DNA of 64,000 nucleotides from Minisyncoccota bacterium (GCA_041664585.1 JBAYKL010000004.1:19775-83774); one strand, 5' to 3'. Counted from the stretch's first letter, positions 48,316-59,091 are shown. Made by a program: numbers and translations. Notes: generated by a model from the letters alone, not told the origin.

Positions 48316-48357
48316 TAAAAACACACATCTACGCTATGGCGTAGATGTGTGTTTTTA
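48316..48357. terminator. Long bidirectional terminator
   Basis: TAAAAACACACATCTACGC-TATG-GCGTAGATGTGTGTTTTTA. Confidence 0.88.
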
Positions 48358-48360
48358 AAT

Positions 48361-49296
48361 TTAATCCAAAAACTTTGTAGGCATCCCTCTTTGTACAGGA
48401 TAAGTATCTTTATCTATAGGCCTTTGGAAACAAAATCTTCCCATGCCATGTTTCCAGTTTTCATTTTCTGCCCCATATTTATAAGCTATGTTCATATCTT
48501 GCTCGGTAGTACTTTCTGTTTTAAAAGTGGCACAAAGTTCAAAACTATTTGCTGACAATCTTCTGTATTCATAATTTTGTTTTGTTTCGGGGTCTGTAGG
48601 AATTATGAAACTGCTAATAGGATCTTTTAGAGCATCTAGGCTTGCTGGTACTTCACCTTTGATTTGCCATTGTGTATAAACGATTTGGCTCTGTATATTC
48701 ATGAGGTCGCTTATTCTTTGCTTATCCATTCTCACAGCTCTTTGTTTCGCTGGTGAGCCAATAGTCATCATCCCACCTACTGCCGCTATTATTACAATCA
48801 CTGATATCGCATATATAGATATTTTTGTTTTTTTGGAAATTATTGCCGGGTCTCTCTTTAGATCGCTTAAACAATATCTAAATATCGTAACAGCAACGGC
48901 GAGAACTACCAAAACTTTTAATATAAATCTTGTCGTTAGATCTTCTGCTCCGAGAAATCTATAAACTAAAGTTACGAGGTCTACCGCAATAGCTAAACCA
49001 GAAACAAAGAGCGTAAGAAAAATTAACCATCTTCTTACCCAGATATCTTTTTTCTCTGGGAAAGCTTTTAAATCTTTATTCACTATAAAGGTTATATATA
49101 TAAAAGCGGGGAAGAAGATTATAAGAGCAGCAAGGGAGCTTCTTATTGTGCCCTCAAGTCCATACATCATATCTCCTGGTAGGGAGAAATATTTATTTAT
49201 TATTTGGAATAGGAGAACTATGAAGCTTATGGAGCTCACATAAAGTCCTATAAGAATACCTAAATATAAAAAGAAGTCTTTTGCTGTGGTTTTCAT
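48361..49296 (-). CDS. DUF5671-like membrane protein with pilin-like C-terminal domain
   Basis: AKDFFLYL; five TM; GSP...D..RISDL; DPET..YEY...FELCATF. Confidence 0.75.
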   Translation of the reverse strand: MKTTAKDFFLYLGILIGLYVSSISFIVLLFQIINKYFSLPGDMMYGLEGTIRSSLAALIIFFPAFIYITFIVNKDLKAFPEKKDIWVRRWLIFLTLFVSGLAIAVDLVTLVYRFLGAEDLTTRFILKVLVVLAVAVTIFRYCLSDLKRDPAIISKKTKISIYAISVIVIIAAVGGMMTIGSPAKQRAVRMDKQRISDLMNIQSQIVYTQWQIKGEVPASLDALKDPISSFIIPTDPETKQNYEYRRLSANSFELCATFKTESTTEQDMNIAYKYGAENENWKHGMGRFCFQRPIDKDTYPVQRGMPTKFLD

Positions 49297-49368
49297 AAAA
49301 TTATTAAATTAATTAGTAATATGTAAATTATACACTTTTTCCTTATAATAGGGTATTATAAAGGCAAG

Positions 49369-51096
49369 ATGATTAAAGAAGCATTAGAAAATTCAATAAA
49401 AATAGCCCTTTGGGAGCTTAAAATAGAAGAAAGCAAAATCCCTAAGATAAACCTAGAACATCCGGAAGATTCTTCTCGTGGGGATTATTCTACAAATATT
49501 GCCATGGTGCTTGCTAAGGCAGTAGCTCAAAATCCTAGAGAACTAGCAGAAAAAATAGTTGCTGAAATAAATGATAATAAACCGAAAGAAATTAAAAATG
49601 TTGAAATGGCAGGTCCTGGTTTCATAAATTTCTTTTTGTCTGATTCTTTTTTTGCCGAACAAATAAAAAGTATTTTAAAATCTGAAAAAACTTTTGGGAA
49701 TAATAAAAAGTTAAAAGGTCAGAAGACGGTTATTGAATACACAGATCCAAATCCTTTCAAAGAATTTCATATTGGGCATTTGATGAACAATACGATAGGA
49801 GAGTCTGTTTCTAGAATTATTGAGGCTAATGGAGCAAAGATTATCCGTGCTTGTTATCAGGGTGATGTGGGTCTTCATGTAGCAAAAACAATTTGGGGTG
49901 TACAAAAGATGATTTCTGAAGATCCAAAAAACAAAAAAAAGTTTTTTGATATAAAACAAGGTTCTGCTTTATGGGGTAAAGCGTATGCAGTAGGTGCGAA
50001 AGCATATAATGATGAGGAAGCCAAGAAAGTTATTACAGAGATTAATAAAAAAGTTTATACTAAGTCTGATAAAGAAGTAAATAAAATTTATTCAGCTGGT
50101 AGGAAGGCTTCACTCAAGGCTTTTGAAAGAGTTTATAAATTATTAGATACAAAATTTAACAATTTCTTTTTTGAGAGTCAGTCTACAAAATTTGGTACAG
50201 ATACCGTCTTAAAAAATATTGACAATGGAATTTTTGAAAGAAGTAACGGCGCAGTAATTTTTAAAGGAGAGAATTATGGTTTACATACTAGAGTTTTTAT
50301 AAACAGCGAAGGTCTCCCTACATATGAAGCAAAAGATCTTGGGCTAGCGAAACTCAAAGACAATACTTTACATTATGATAAGTCCATTATTGTTACAGCT
50401 AATGAACAGAGCGCATATTTTACCGTACTTTTAAAAGCAATGAGCTTGATTTTTCCAGATTTAGCAGAAAAGACTAGTCATATATCTCATGGTATGCTTC
50501 GTATGCCTTCAGGGAAAATGTCTTCGAGAACAGGAGACGTAGTTTCTGCTACCTCTTTACTCAAAGACATAGAAGAAAGGGTGATGGAAAAGATGGTGGA
50601 TAGAAAAATGACTAAAAAAGAAAAAGCAAAAGTTGCTGAATGGATTTCTGTCGCGTCTCTCAGATATTCAATTCTTAAGCAAATGACTGGTAAAGATATT
50701 ATTTTTGATTTTGATAAATCACTTTCCTTTGAAGGGGATTCGGGTCCATACTTACAATATTCATACGCAAGAGCGAAATCTGTTTTGAGAAAAGCTGTGA
50801 AAGAAAGAGTTAAGATTAAAGCTATTAAAATAGATGGTGAAGTTTCAGAGATAGAAAAAATACTGTATAGATTCCCAGAGATAGTAGAAAGAGCGGGGGA
50901 GGAGTATGCACCAAACTATATTGCCACATATTTAATACAACTTTCCTCCGTCTTTAACGGATATTATGCAAATAATAAAATTGTAGATAAAGAAGACAAG
51001 AATTCTGCATATAGATTAGCTATTACAAAAGCATTTAGTATTGTCTTAAAAAATGGTCTGAAACTTTTAGGTATCTCCGCACCAGAAAAGATGTAA
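49369..51096 (+). CDS. argS: Arginine--tRNA ligase
   Basis: GDYSTN, PNPFKEFHIGH, KMSSR, GPYLQYSYAR, APEKM. Confidence 0.98.
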   Translation: MIKEALENSIKIALWELKIEESKIPKINLEHPEDSSRGDYSTNIAMVLAKAVAQNPRELAEKIVAEINDNKPKEIKNVEMAGPGFINFFLSDSFFAEQIKSILKSEKTFGNNKKLKGQKTVIEYTDPNPFKEFHIGHLMNNTIGESVSRIIEANGAKIIRACYQGDVGLHVAKTIWGVQKMISEDPKNKKKFFDIKQGSALWGKAYAVGAKAYNDEEAKKVITEINKKVYTKSDKEVNKIYSAGRKASLKAFERVYKLLDTKFNNFFFESQSTKFGTDTVLKNIDNGIFERSNGAVIFKGENYGLHTRVFINSEGLPTYEAKDLGLAKLKDNTLHYDKSIIVTANEQSAYFTVLLKAMSLIFPDLAEKTSHISHGMLRMPSGKMSSRTGDVVSATSLLKDIEERVMEKMVDRKMTKKEKAKVAEWISVASLRYSILKQMTGKDIIFDFDKSLSFEGDSGPYLQYSYARAKSVLRKAVKERVKIKAIKIDGEVSEIEKILYRFPEIVERAGEEYAPNYIATYLIQLSSVFNGYYANNKIVDKEDKNSAYRLAITKAFSIVLKNGLKLLGISAPEKM

Positions 51097-51201
51097 ACTT
51101 TTTTGTTTTGACAAAAAATATAAAAGGTATTTAATACCATATAGATTTAGTTGTACGAGTTATGGTGATTCGTGCACTCAAAACAGGAAGGTAGGTTAGG
51201 A

Positions 51202-51480
51202 ATGTGTAGGACCCATAAGATTAGAGACAGACACATGTTGATTGGGAATCGCCACGCGACACACCGAGGCGAATTAAAGCCTCAATCAAGGAGTAAGCGT
51301 GTTCTCAAAAAGATTTTTCGGCGTATCCAAAGGGAGTGTCACGCTGCCACAGACCAAAGAAGGGAGCTGGAGGTCAGAGAGCACTCTTGTAATTACGGAG
51401 GGCTAAATAAACTTTTAAGGAAGGCGTGTGCGGTTTCTGTGCGTGATGATGGGGAACTACTAATTATAAGTATTCCATAG
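51202..51480 (+). CDS. Small basic hypothetical protein
   Basis: TTGACA at 51108, purine-rich SD-like leader, own terminator; Arg/Lys/His-rich. Confidence 0.5.
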   Translation: MCRTHKIRDRHMLIGNRHATHRGELKPQSRSKRVLKKIFRRIQRECHAATDQRRELEVREHSCNYGGLNKLLRKACAVSVRDDGELLIISIP

Positions 51481-51496
51481 TTTTAAGTCATGGAAT

Positions 51497-51527
51497 AAAA
51501 ACCCGGTTCAGGTTAACCGGGTTTTTC
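51497..51527 (+). terminator. Intrinsic terminator
   Basis: AAAAACCCGGTT-CAGGTT-AACCGGGTTTTT. Confidence 0.8.
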
Positions 51528-51586
51528 TTTGCCTCTTTTTCTATTTCACTAAATTTGCTACAATAAGTTTCTAAAGATAAAATTAT

Positions 51587-54500
51587 ATGGATACACCAAA
51601 AAAGAGTAAAAATGCTGAAAAAGAAGAAGAATTATTAAAATTTTGGCAGGAGAATAAAATTTTTGAAAAGACTTTAACAAAAGATTCACCAAAAGGTGAG
51701 TACGTCTTTTACGATGGACCTCCTTTTGCTACTGGTATACCCCATTTTGGTCACATTCTCGCTGGGACAATGAAAGATTTTGTGGGGAGGTATAAAACAA
51801 TGAGAGGATATCATGTTCCAAGAAAATGGGGATGGGATTGTCATGGCTTACCGGTAGAAAATATTGTTCAAGATGAGATGGGTTTGAAATCAAAAAAAGA
51901 TATCGAAGATTTTGGTTTAGAAAAATTCAATGATACCGCTAGAAGTAAAGTTTTTACATACGCAGATGTTTGGAAAAAGGTTGTTCCAAGAATGGGACGT
52001 TTTGTAGATATGGAAGATGACTACAAGACATTGAATCCAAGTTACTCAGAAAGTGTTTGGTGGGCCTTCAAAAAATTACAGGATAAAGGATTAATCTATG
52101 AAGGTTTCAAATCAATGCATCTTTGTCCGCATTGTGGGACAACCCTTTCAAACTTTGAGGTAGGGCAGGGGTATAAAGATATCACTGATATTTCAGTCAC
52201 AGCTAAATTTGAATTGGTGGATGAGCTAGGTACTTTTTTCCTTGCATGGACGACAACCCCGTGGACTCTTCCTGGTAACGTTGCTTTGGCTATAAATGCT
52301 GAAATTGATTATGTGAAAATAAAAGTGGGAGAAGAGAAATTTATCCTTGCTGAATCAAGACTGTCTGCGATAAAAGAATCTTATGAAATCTTAGAGAAAT
52401 TCAGTGGAGAAAAAATAGTCGGTAAATCATACAAACCACTTTTTGATTATTACAATAATGAAAAACTTATAAACAAAGAGAATGGCTTTAAGGTTTGTTC
52501 TGCTGGCTTTGTAACTACTGAAGATGGTACTGGTATTGTACATATCGCTCCAGCTTTTGGAGAAGATGATATGAATCTTGGAAAAGAAAAGAAACTTCCT
52601 TTTATCCAACATGTAAATATGGCGGGAGAATTTACTCCTGAAGTTATAGATTTCGTAGGACAAAAAGTAAAACCAAAAGATGATCACCAAAAAGCAGATA
52701 TTGATGTTATTAAATTCTTAGCCGGCAAAAACTCCTTATATGCAAAAGAAAAATTTACTCACTCATATCCTCACTGTTGGAGATGTGATACACCACTTCT
52801 AAATTACGCGACAAGTTCTTGGTTTGTTGAGGTTACAAAAATTAAGAATGAGCTTATAGAAGCAAATAATAAAATTGGTTGGATACCAAAAGAAATAGGA
52901 GAGGGAAGATTTGGTAAATGGCTTGAAAATGTTCGTGACTGGTCTATTTCTCGTTCTAGATTCTGGGGTGCTCCTTTGCCTGTATGGAGATGTGGAAAAT
53001 GTAAGGATAATCATTTTATTGGTTCAATAGAAGATATCAAAAAACAAACAACAAGAAACAACAAATTCTTGGTTGTTCGCCATGGTGAAGCAGAGAGCAA
53101 CGTTTTGGGCATTTTAAGTTCAAATCCAAAAGTAAATCACTCTCTTACACAAAATGGTAAAGACCAAGCCGTAGAGGCAGGAGAAAAACTTAAGGATTCA
53201 AAAGTAGATGTTATTTATTGTTCACCTTTTGTAAGGACAAAAGAAACAGCAGAGCTTATCGCAAAACAAATTGGATATCCTGTAGAAAAAATAGTTTTTG
53301 ACGAAAGGCTTCATGAAATATATGTAGGTGTTCTTGATGGTAAGCCGGATGCAGAATATCAAGCGTTCTTTGAGTCAAGAGGAGCCAAATTCTGGAAGAC
53401 TCCAGAGGGAGGGGAGAATTATACTACTGTAAAAAACAGAATGACTGATTTCCTTTATGACATAAATTCGAAAAATGAAGGCAAAAATATTTTAATCGTT
53501 TCTCATAACACCCCAATCTGGCTTATGTTCGGCGGTGCCTCTGGTATGACACCAGAACAACTTATGGACATGAGAGAGAATGGTAAACCTTTTATTTACA
53601 ATTCAGAAATAAAGGAGTTAGAGTTTGCACCAATTCCGCATAATAGAAATTATGAATTAGATTTACACAGACCATTTATTGATGAGCTTATTCTCCCATG
53701 CAAGTGCGGAGGAGAAAAGGAGCGTATCCCAGAAGTTTTTGATTGTTGGTTTGAATCTGGATCCATGCCTTTTGCTCAGTCTCATTATCCATTTGAGAAT
53801 TTAGATAAATTTAATCCAGAAAAAGGTATTGGTTTCCCAGCAGACTTTATTGCTGAAGGAGTAGATCAAACTAGAGGATGGTTCTATTCTATGCTTGTGC
53901 TTTCTGTTGCTTTGTTCGGGCAGTCTTCATATAAAAATGTTGTTGTTAACGGAATTGTTCTTGCCGAAGATGGGCAGAAGATGGCCAAGAGATTGAAAAA
54001 TTACACAGATCCGATGGAATTGGCAGATAAATTTAGTGCAGATGCAATGAGATATTACTTATTGTCTTCAAGTGTTATGAAAGCAGAAGATTTGAAATTC
54101 TCAGATGAAGGAGTTGATGAAGTTGTAAAGAAAGTAATCATGAGACTTCAAAATGTTCATTCTTTCTATGAAATGTATGGTGGTAAAGATTTGAAAGACA
54201 AAGTTGGAATTTCTGAAAATGTTTTGGATAGATGGATTCTTGCTCGTTTGAAAGAGACAGCGACACAGATGACAAAATCTACAGAAAAATATGAGCTTGA
54301 TAGAGCAACTTGGCCTATAGCTGATTTCATTGAAGATCTTTCCGTATGGTATTTAAGAAGATCAAGAGATAGATTTAAATCAGAAAATATTTCTGATAGA
54401 AATTTTGCTATAAATACAACAAAAGAAATTATTCTAAATGTTTCTAAGTTAATCGCACCATCAATGCCATTTTTGGCTGAAGATTTGTACAAGAAAATTG

Positions 54501-55036
54501 GGGGAGAAAAAGAAAGTGTACATTTAGAAACTTGGCCAGAGGAATTTGTAGGAGAACTTACAAAGGAAGAGACAGAGACTATCGAAAATATGAAAGATGT
54601 TAGAAATGCTGTTTCTCTTGGGTTAGAATCTAGAGCAAAATCTGGAATTAAGGTTAGACAACCTTTAGCTAAGATACAAATTCAGAGTGAAAAACTAAAA
54701 GGTAAGCAAGAATATTTGGACTTGGTTAAAGATGAAGTAAATGTGAAAGAAGTAATTACAGATAAAAATATTTCTGAATTAGTAGTACTTGATACAAATA
54801 TTACACCAGATTTAAAAGACGAAGGTGATGTGAGAGATTTGATCAGAAGTATTCAAGAAGAAAGAAAGAACAGAAAACTAAGCCCAAATGATCTGATTGG
54901 ACTTACTGTAGATACTAACAATAGTAGTTTGGTAGAAAAATTTAAAGATGAAATAGTTAGGGTTACTAATGTTAAGGATATTTCATATGGTGAAAATTCT
55001 AATCAAGAAAATATCTTCGTTAAATTCCTAAAATAG
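51587..55036 (+). CDS. ileS: Isoleucine--tRNA ligase (type 2) with inserted histidine phosphatase domain
   Basis: DGPPFATG.PHFGH, GWDCHGLP, WTTTPWTLP, DQTRGWFY, KMAKR; RHGE insertion. Confidence 0.96.
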   Translation: MDTPKKSKNAEKEEELLKFWQENKIFEKTLTKDSPKGEYVFYDGPPFATGIPHFGHILAGTMKDFVGRYKTMRGYHVPRKWGWDCHGLPVENIVQDEMGLKSKKDIEDFGLEKFNDTARSKVFTYADVWKKVVPRMGRFVDMEDDYKTLNPSYSESVWWAFKKLQDKGLIYEGFKSMHLCPHCGTTLSNFEVGQGYKDITDISVTAKFELVDELGTFFLAWTTTPWTLPGNVALAINAEIDYVKIKVGEEKFILAESRLSAIKESYEILEKFSGEKIVGKSYKPLFDYYNNEKLINKENGFKVCSAGFVTTEDGTGIVHIAPAFGEDDMNLGKEKKLPFIQHVNMAGEFTPEVIDFVGQKVKPKDDHQKADIDVIKFLAGKNSLYAKEKFTHSYPHCWRCDTPLLNYATSSWFVEVTKIKNELIEANNKIGWIPKEIGEGRFGKWLENVRDWSISRSRFWGAPLPVWRCGKCKDNHFIGSIEDIKKQTTRNNKFLVVRHGEAESNVLGILSSNPKVNHSLTQNGKDQAVEAGEKLKDSKVDVIYCSPFVRTKETAELIAKQIGYPVEKIVFDERLHEIYVGVLDGKPDAEYQAFFESRGAKFWKTPEGGENYTTVKNRMTDFLYDINSKNEGKNILIVSHNTPIWLMFGGASGMTPEQLMDMRENGKPFIYNSEIKELEFAPIPHNRNYELDLHRPFIDELILPCKCGGEKERIPEVFDCWFESGSMPFAQSHYPFENLDKFNPEKGIGFPADFIAEGVDQTRGWFYSMLVLSVALFGQSSYKNVVVNGIVLAEDGQKMAKRLKNYTDPMELADKFSADAMRYYLLSSSVMKAEDLKFSDEGVDEVVKKVIMRLQNVHSFYEMYGGKDLKDKVGISENVLDRWILARLKETATQMTKSTEKYELDRATWPIADFIEDLSVWYLRRSRDRFKSENISDRNFAINTTKEIILNVSKLIAPSMPFLAEDLYKKIGGEKESVHLETWPEEFVGELTKEETETIENMKDVRNAVSLGLESRAKSGIKVRQPLAKIQIQSEKLKGKQEYLDLVKDEVNVKEVITDKNISELVVLDTNITPDLKDEGDVRDLIRSIQEERKNRKLSPNDLIGLTVDTNNSSLVEKFKDEIVRVTNVKDISYGENSNQENIFVKFLK

Positions 55037-55057
55037 TTAGTTTGTAAAAAGTTTGCC

Positions 55058-55642
55058 GTGCATCACATATATACAACTGAAGCGATTCTTATAAAAAGTG
55101 TCCCAATAGGGGAGGCTAATCGTCTTTACTTTTTGCTCACTAAAGATCTTGGTCTTATTAAGGCTACTGCTCAGAGCGTTAGGTCTCCAAAATCAAAACT
55201 AAATGGACACCTCCAGGTTTTTTGTCTAGTAAAAATATCCGTTGTAAAAGGTAAAGATATTTGGCGTATTACTAGTGTTGAATCCATATTACAAAATGGT
55301 CTTATCCGACACGCTGGCAAACTTTCTGTTTTACACAACATATCGAAGCTTTTTTTGAGGCTTGTTCATGGAGAAGAAAAAAACGAAGAGCTTTTTGAGT
55401 GTATCAAGTCTGCATATATCATCTGTCGTGATGCCGACCTGTCTCACGAGGAGCTTAGATTGGCTGAAGTACTCACTGTTCTTAGGATGATGCATTTCCT
55501 TGGATATATAAAAAAAACTGAAGGACTTTCTGCTTTCTCGGAGAAAGTAAATCTTACACCAGAAATATTAGAAAACTTTAGCAAAAATAAAAAACAAGCA
55601 ATTTTAGAAATAAACAACGCGCTTAAGGAAACCCATCTGTAA
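55058..55642 (+). CDS. recO: DNA repair protein RecO (short form)
   Basis: GEANRLYFLLTKDLGLI.A.AQSVR...SKL N-terminal OB domain. Confidence 0.85.
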   Translation: MHHIYTTEAILIKSVPIGEANRLYFLLTKDLGLIKATAQSVRSPKSKLNGHLQVFCLVKISVVKGKDIWRITSVESILQNGLIRHAGKLSVLHNISKLFLRLVHGEEKNEELFECIKSAYIICRDADLSHEELRLAEVLTVLRMMHFLGYIKKTEGLSAFSEKVNLTPEILENFSKNKKQAILEINNALKETHL

Positions 55643-55665
55643 TTATGGTATAATGTTTTAACATT

Positions 55666-57588
55666 ATGTTTTATCCAAACGAAGAAGAAAAAAGAAATAA
55701 GCTCGAAGATATTAAAAAGGGTCTTTATTCTCGTGAAAACAAAACCTTTTCTCAAAAGAAAAGACATCTATTGAGTTCTAGAGTGGTTGAGGCCAACACA
55801 GACTGGTCAGGAGAAGATCTTAAAAAAGAATCTGATTTTAAGGTGCCATACAAGAAGATTTTTTTAATAGCGATAGCCTTTTTTGTCTTTGCGATCGGAT
55901 TCGCTTCGTATAAGTTTTTTATTTCTGGGAATATGATTTCTGGAGATAATGTAGATATATTAATACGTGGACCTGTTTCTATCGCCGGAGGGGAAGAATT
56001 ACCTCTTGATGTTGAGGTGAAGAACAAAAACAACGTTGATTTAAAGGTTGTCGATCTTAAAATACAATACCCAGATGGTACCAGAAATACATCTGACCTT
56101 TCCGTTCCTCTTATAAGATATAGTGAGTTGCTGGGGGATATAAATACTGGTAAGAGCGTCAAACGTCTTTTGAAGTCGGTTTTGTTTGGAGAAGAGAATG
56201 TAAAAAAAGATATTAAATTTACTGTGGAATATAGGGTTCCCGGGTCTAATGCCATCTTCTACAAGGAAAAAATATATTCTGTTCTAATAAATTCCTCACC
56301 TATTAATTTGAAGGTTTTAGGTGTCGGTGAAATCAGTGCCAACCAACAGACAGAATTTGTTCTAGAAATTGAATCAAATTCGCTTTCTATGATTAAGAAT
56401 TTGATTTTAAAAGTTGATTATCCTTTCGGTTTCGATTACATTTCTGCTAGCCCAAAACCCTTTTCTGTTGATAATAGCGTTTGGAATATAGGGGATCTCG
56501 AGCCTGGGGCTAAGAGAACGATAAAAATTTCTGGTTCCGTAAATGGTCAGGATGGGGAAGAGAGGGTATTCAGATTTACTGTGGGCACTCCTGATAAGCT
56601 AGACGAAAAAACCATCAATACTGCATTCTCTGTTTACACAGCGAATGTCTTAATTAAGAAGCCTTTTCTCGGTGTTAATTTATTTATTAATGGAGATTCT
56701 GCAAAAGAAGTGGTTGTGACTAGTGGAAGTAAAATCAATGCTGGTGTTGTTTGGCAGAATAATCTTGTAAGTAATATTTACGATGTAGCAATAAAGGTTA
56801 AGCTTAGTGGTCCAGTTTTAAACAAGAGTAGTATTAGGGTTGAAAATGGTTTTTATAATTCCGTTGATAACACGATAACTTTTGATAAACAAAAAGATAA
56901 AACATTTGCTTCAGTAAGTCCTGGTTATGAAGGCGAAAATGGTTTTACTTTTTCTATTTTTGGTCCAGAATCTCAGGTTGGTTCATCGATTAATAATCCA
57001 GAAATCTTGATGGATATAAGTGTCATGGGGAATCGTGTTCAGGGAGGTGGTGTTTCTCAAGATCTACTTTATTCAAGCTCTAAGAAGATAAAAGTTGCTT
57101 CAGTCTTAAAGCTTTATTCTCGTGGTTTTAGAACGATTGGCCCGTTTGAAAATAGCGGTCCAATGCCACCGAAAGCAGAACAAGAAAGCACTTATACCAT
57201 CACATGGTCTGCAACTAATTTACTGAATGATGTTAACAATGCTAAGGTTTCAGCAATATTACCATCGTATATAAAGTGGAACAATCTCACGAGTCCTTCT
57301 ATAGAAAAAATTGAGTTTAATCCTTCAAATAGTGAAGTAACTTGGAATATTGGTGGCATAAAGGCAGGTACTGGCTCGATCTACTACCCAAGAGATGTAT
57401 CTTTCAGTATTTCGTTTACACCAAGCTTGAGTCAAGTCGGAACGTCTCCAGAAATCGTTGGACAAGCGACTATAACTGGCACAGATTCTTTTACTGGTGT
57501 TGAGGTTGGAGAGGTGAGAACTTTTGTAAACACTCAACTTACTAGTGACCCAGCATACAGCAATGGTTATGGTACAGTAGGTAATTAG
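55666..57588 (+). CDS. Membrane-anchored multi-Ig-like (DUF11-like) hypothetical protein
   Basis: One TM; YPFGFDYISASP..WNIGDL; SGPMPPK; beta-rich. Confidence 0.8.
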   Translation: MFYPNEEEKRNKLEDIKKGLYSRENKTFSQKKRHLLSSRVVEANTDWSGEDLKKESDFKVPYKKIFLIAIAFFVFAIGFASYKFFISGNMISGDNVDILIRGPVSIAGGEELPLDVEVKNKNNVDLKVVDLKIQYPDGTRNTSDLSVPLIRYSELLGDINTGKSVKRLLKSVLFGEENVKKDIKFTVEYRVPGSNAIFYKEKIYSVLINSSPINLKVLGVGEISANQQTEFVLEIESNSLSMIKNLILKVDYPFGFDYISASPKPFSVDNSVWNIGDLEPGAKRTIKISGSVNGQDGEERVFRFTVGTPDKLDEKTINTAFSVYTANVLIKKPFLGVNLFINGDSAKEVVVTSGSKINAGVVWQNNLVSNIYDVAIKVKLSGPVLNKSSIRVENGFYNSVDNTITFDKQKDKTFASVSPGYEGENGFTFSIFGPESQVGSSINNPEILMDISVMGNRVQGGGVSQDLLYSSSKKIKVASVLKLYSRGFRTIGPFENSGPMPPKAEQESTYTITWSATNLLNDVNNAKVSAILPSYIKWNNLTSPSIEKIEFNPSNSEVTWNIGGIKAGTGSIYYPRDVSFSISFTPSLSQVGTSPEIVGQATITGTDSFTGVEVGEVRTFVNTQLTSDPAYSNGYGTVGN

Positions 57589-57648
57589 GTTTGCTAAAAA
57601 TCAATTTTTAGTTATTATTTGGTTTATTACAATTTATAATTAAACACA

Positions 57649-58980
57649 ATGGCGAAACCAGAAAAAACAGTAGAACAGTTAAAAATGGAAAACATCATTT
57701 CTCTTTGTAAGAGAAGGGGTTTTATTTTCCAAGGATCCGAAATATACGGAGGGCTTGCCGGTACTTGGGATTATGGCCCATATGGTGTTACTTTAAAAAA
57801 TAATGTAAAAGACTATTGGTGGAAGAAGTTTGTTACTGACAGAGAAGATATGTATGGAATGGATGCTGCTATTCTCATGAATCAAAATGTTTGGAAAGCC
57901 ACAGGGCATGTTGGTGGTTTTTCTGATCCGCTTTCCGAATGTAAAAAATGTAAAAAGAGATTTCGTACAGATCAGCTTCCAGACAAAAAGAAATGTCCAG
58001 AGTGTGGTGGGGAGATGGGGGAAGAGAGACAATTTAATATGCTTTTTAAAACAAATGTCGGTGCGATAGCAGATGACACATCTGTATCATACTTGAGACC
58101 TGAGACTGCACAGGGTATGTTTGTAAACTACAAAAATATTATTGATTCATTCCATCCAAAACTTCCTTTTGGTATGGCTCAGATAGGGAAGGCATTTAGA
58201 AATGAAATTGCTCCTAGAGATTTTACATTTAGATCAAGAGAGTTTGAGCAAATGGAAATTGAGTATCTTATAAAGCCAGATACTTGGAAAGAGCTTTTTG
58301 AACACTTTAGGACAGAAATGCTTGATTGGATAAAAGAAATTGGTCTTAAACAAGAAAATGTTTATGAGCATGAGATTTCCGATGAAGACAGAGCTTTCTA
58401 CTCAAAGAGGACAATAGATTTTGAATTTGATTTTCCTTTTGGAAGAAGCGAATTATATGGTTTAGCATACAGAACAGATTACGATCTAAGTAGACACTCA
58501 AAGTCTTCTGGTATTGATTTAATATATGTAGATGAAGAGACAAGAGAAAAGATAACACCACACTGTATTGAGCCTTCTTTGGGGGTTGATAGAACAGTGC
58601 TGGCTATTCTCACATCAGCATATACTGAGGATGAACTTGGTGGAGAGAAGAGAACATATTTAAAATTTGTTCCAAAGATGGCCCCAGTAAAGATTGCTGT
58701 ATTTCCACTTTTGAAAAATAAACCACAGCTTGTAGAAAAGGCTAGAGAAGTATACAAAGATCTTAAGAAAGAATTTGGTCTAGTAGAATTTGATGATAAT
58801 GGAAATATAGGTAAGAGATATAGAAGACAAGATGAAATAGGCACACCATATTGTGTAACTGTAGATTTTGATACAGTAGAGAAAGATAGTTCTGTGACGG
58901 TGAGAGATAGAGATACTGGTAAGCAGGAGAGAATAGAAATATCTAAACTCGTGGGTTATTTGAAAGAAAAACTAAATTAA
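57649..58980 (+). CDS. glyQS: Glycine--tRNA ligase (alpha2 type)
   Basis: LRPETAQG, GKAFRNEI, REFEQME, IEPS.G, RQDEIGTP. Confidence 0.97.
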   Translation: MAKPEKTVEQLKMENIISLCKRRGFIFQGSEIYGGLAGTWDYGPYGVTLKNNVKDYWWKKFVTDREDMYGMDAAILMNQNVWKATGHVGGFSDPLSECKKCKKRFRTDQLPDKKKCPECGGEMGEERQFNMLFKTNVGAIADDTSVSYLRPETAQGMFVNYKNIIDSFHPKLPFGMAQIGKAFRNEIAPRDFTFRSREFEQMEIEYLIKPDTWKELFEHFRTEMLDWIKEIGLKQENVYEHEISDEDRAFYSKRTIDFEFDFPFGRSELYGLAYRTDYDLSRHSKSSGIDLIYVDEETREKITPHCIEPSLGVDRTVLAILTSAYTEDELGGEKRTYLKFVPKMAPVKIAVFPLLKNKPQLVEKAREVYKDLKKEFGLVEFDDNGNIGKRYRRQDEIGTPYCVTVDFDTVEKDSSVTVRDRDTGKQERIEISKLVGYLKEKLN

Positions 58981-59012
58981 ACAAAAAGTCGCCCTCGGGC
59001 GACTTTTTGTTT
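58979..59012 (+). terminator. Intrinsic terminator
   Basis: AAACAAAAAGTCGCC-CTCG-GGCGACTTTTTGTTT. Confidence 0.88.
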
Positions 59013-59091
59013 GACAGCAGCCTATTCTTTGATAGTGTTAGTTTTGAATAGGGTTGTTCGTTTTAGGAAATTATAAATAGGAGGGACTTGT

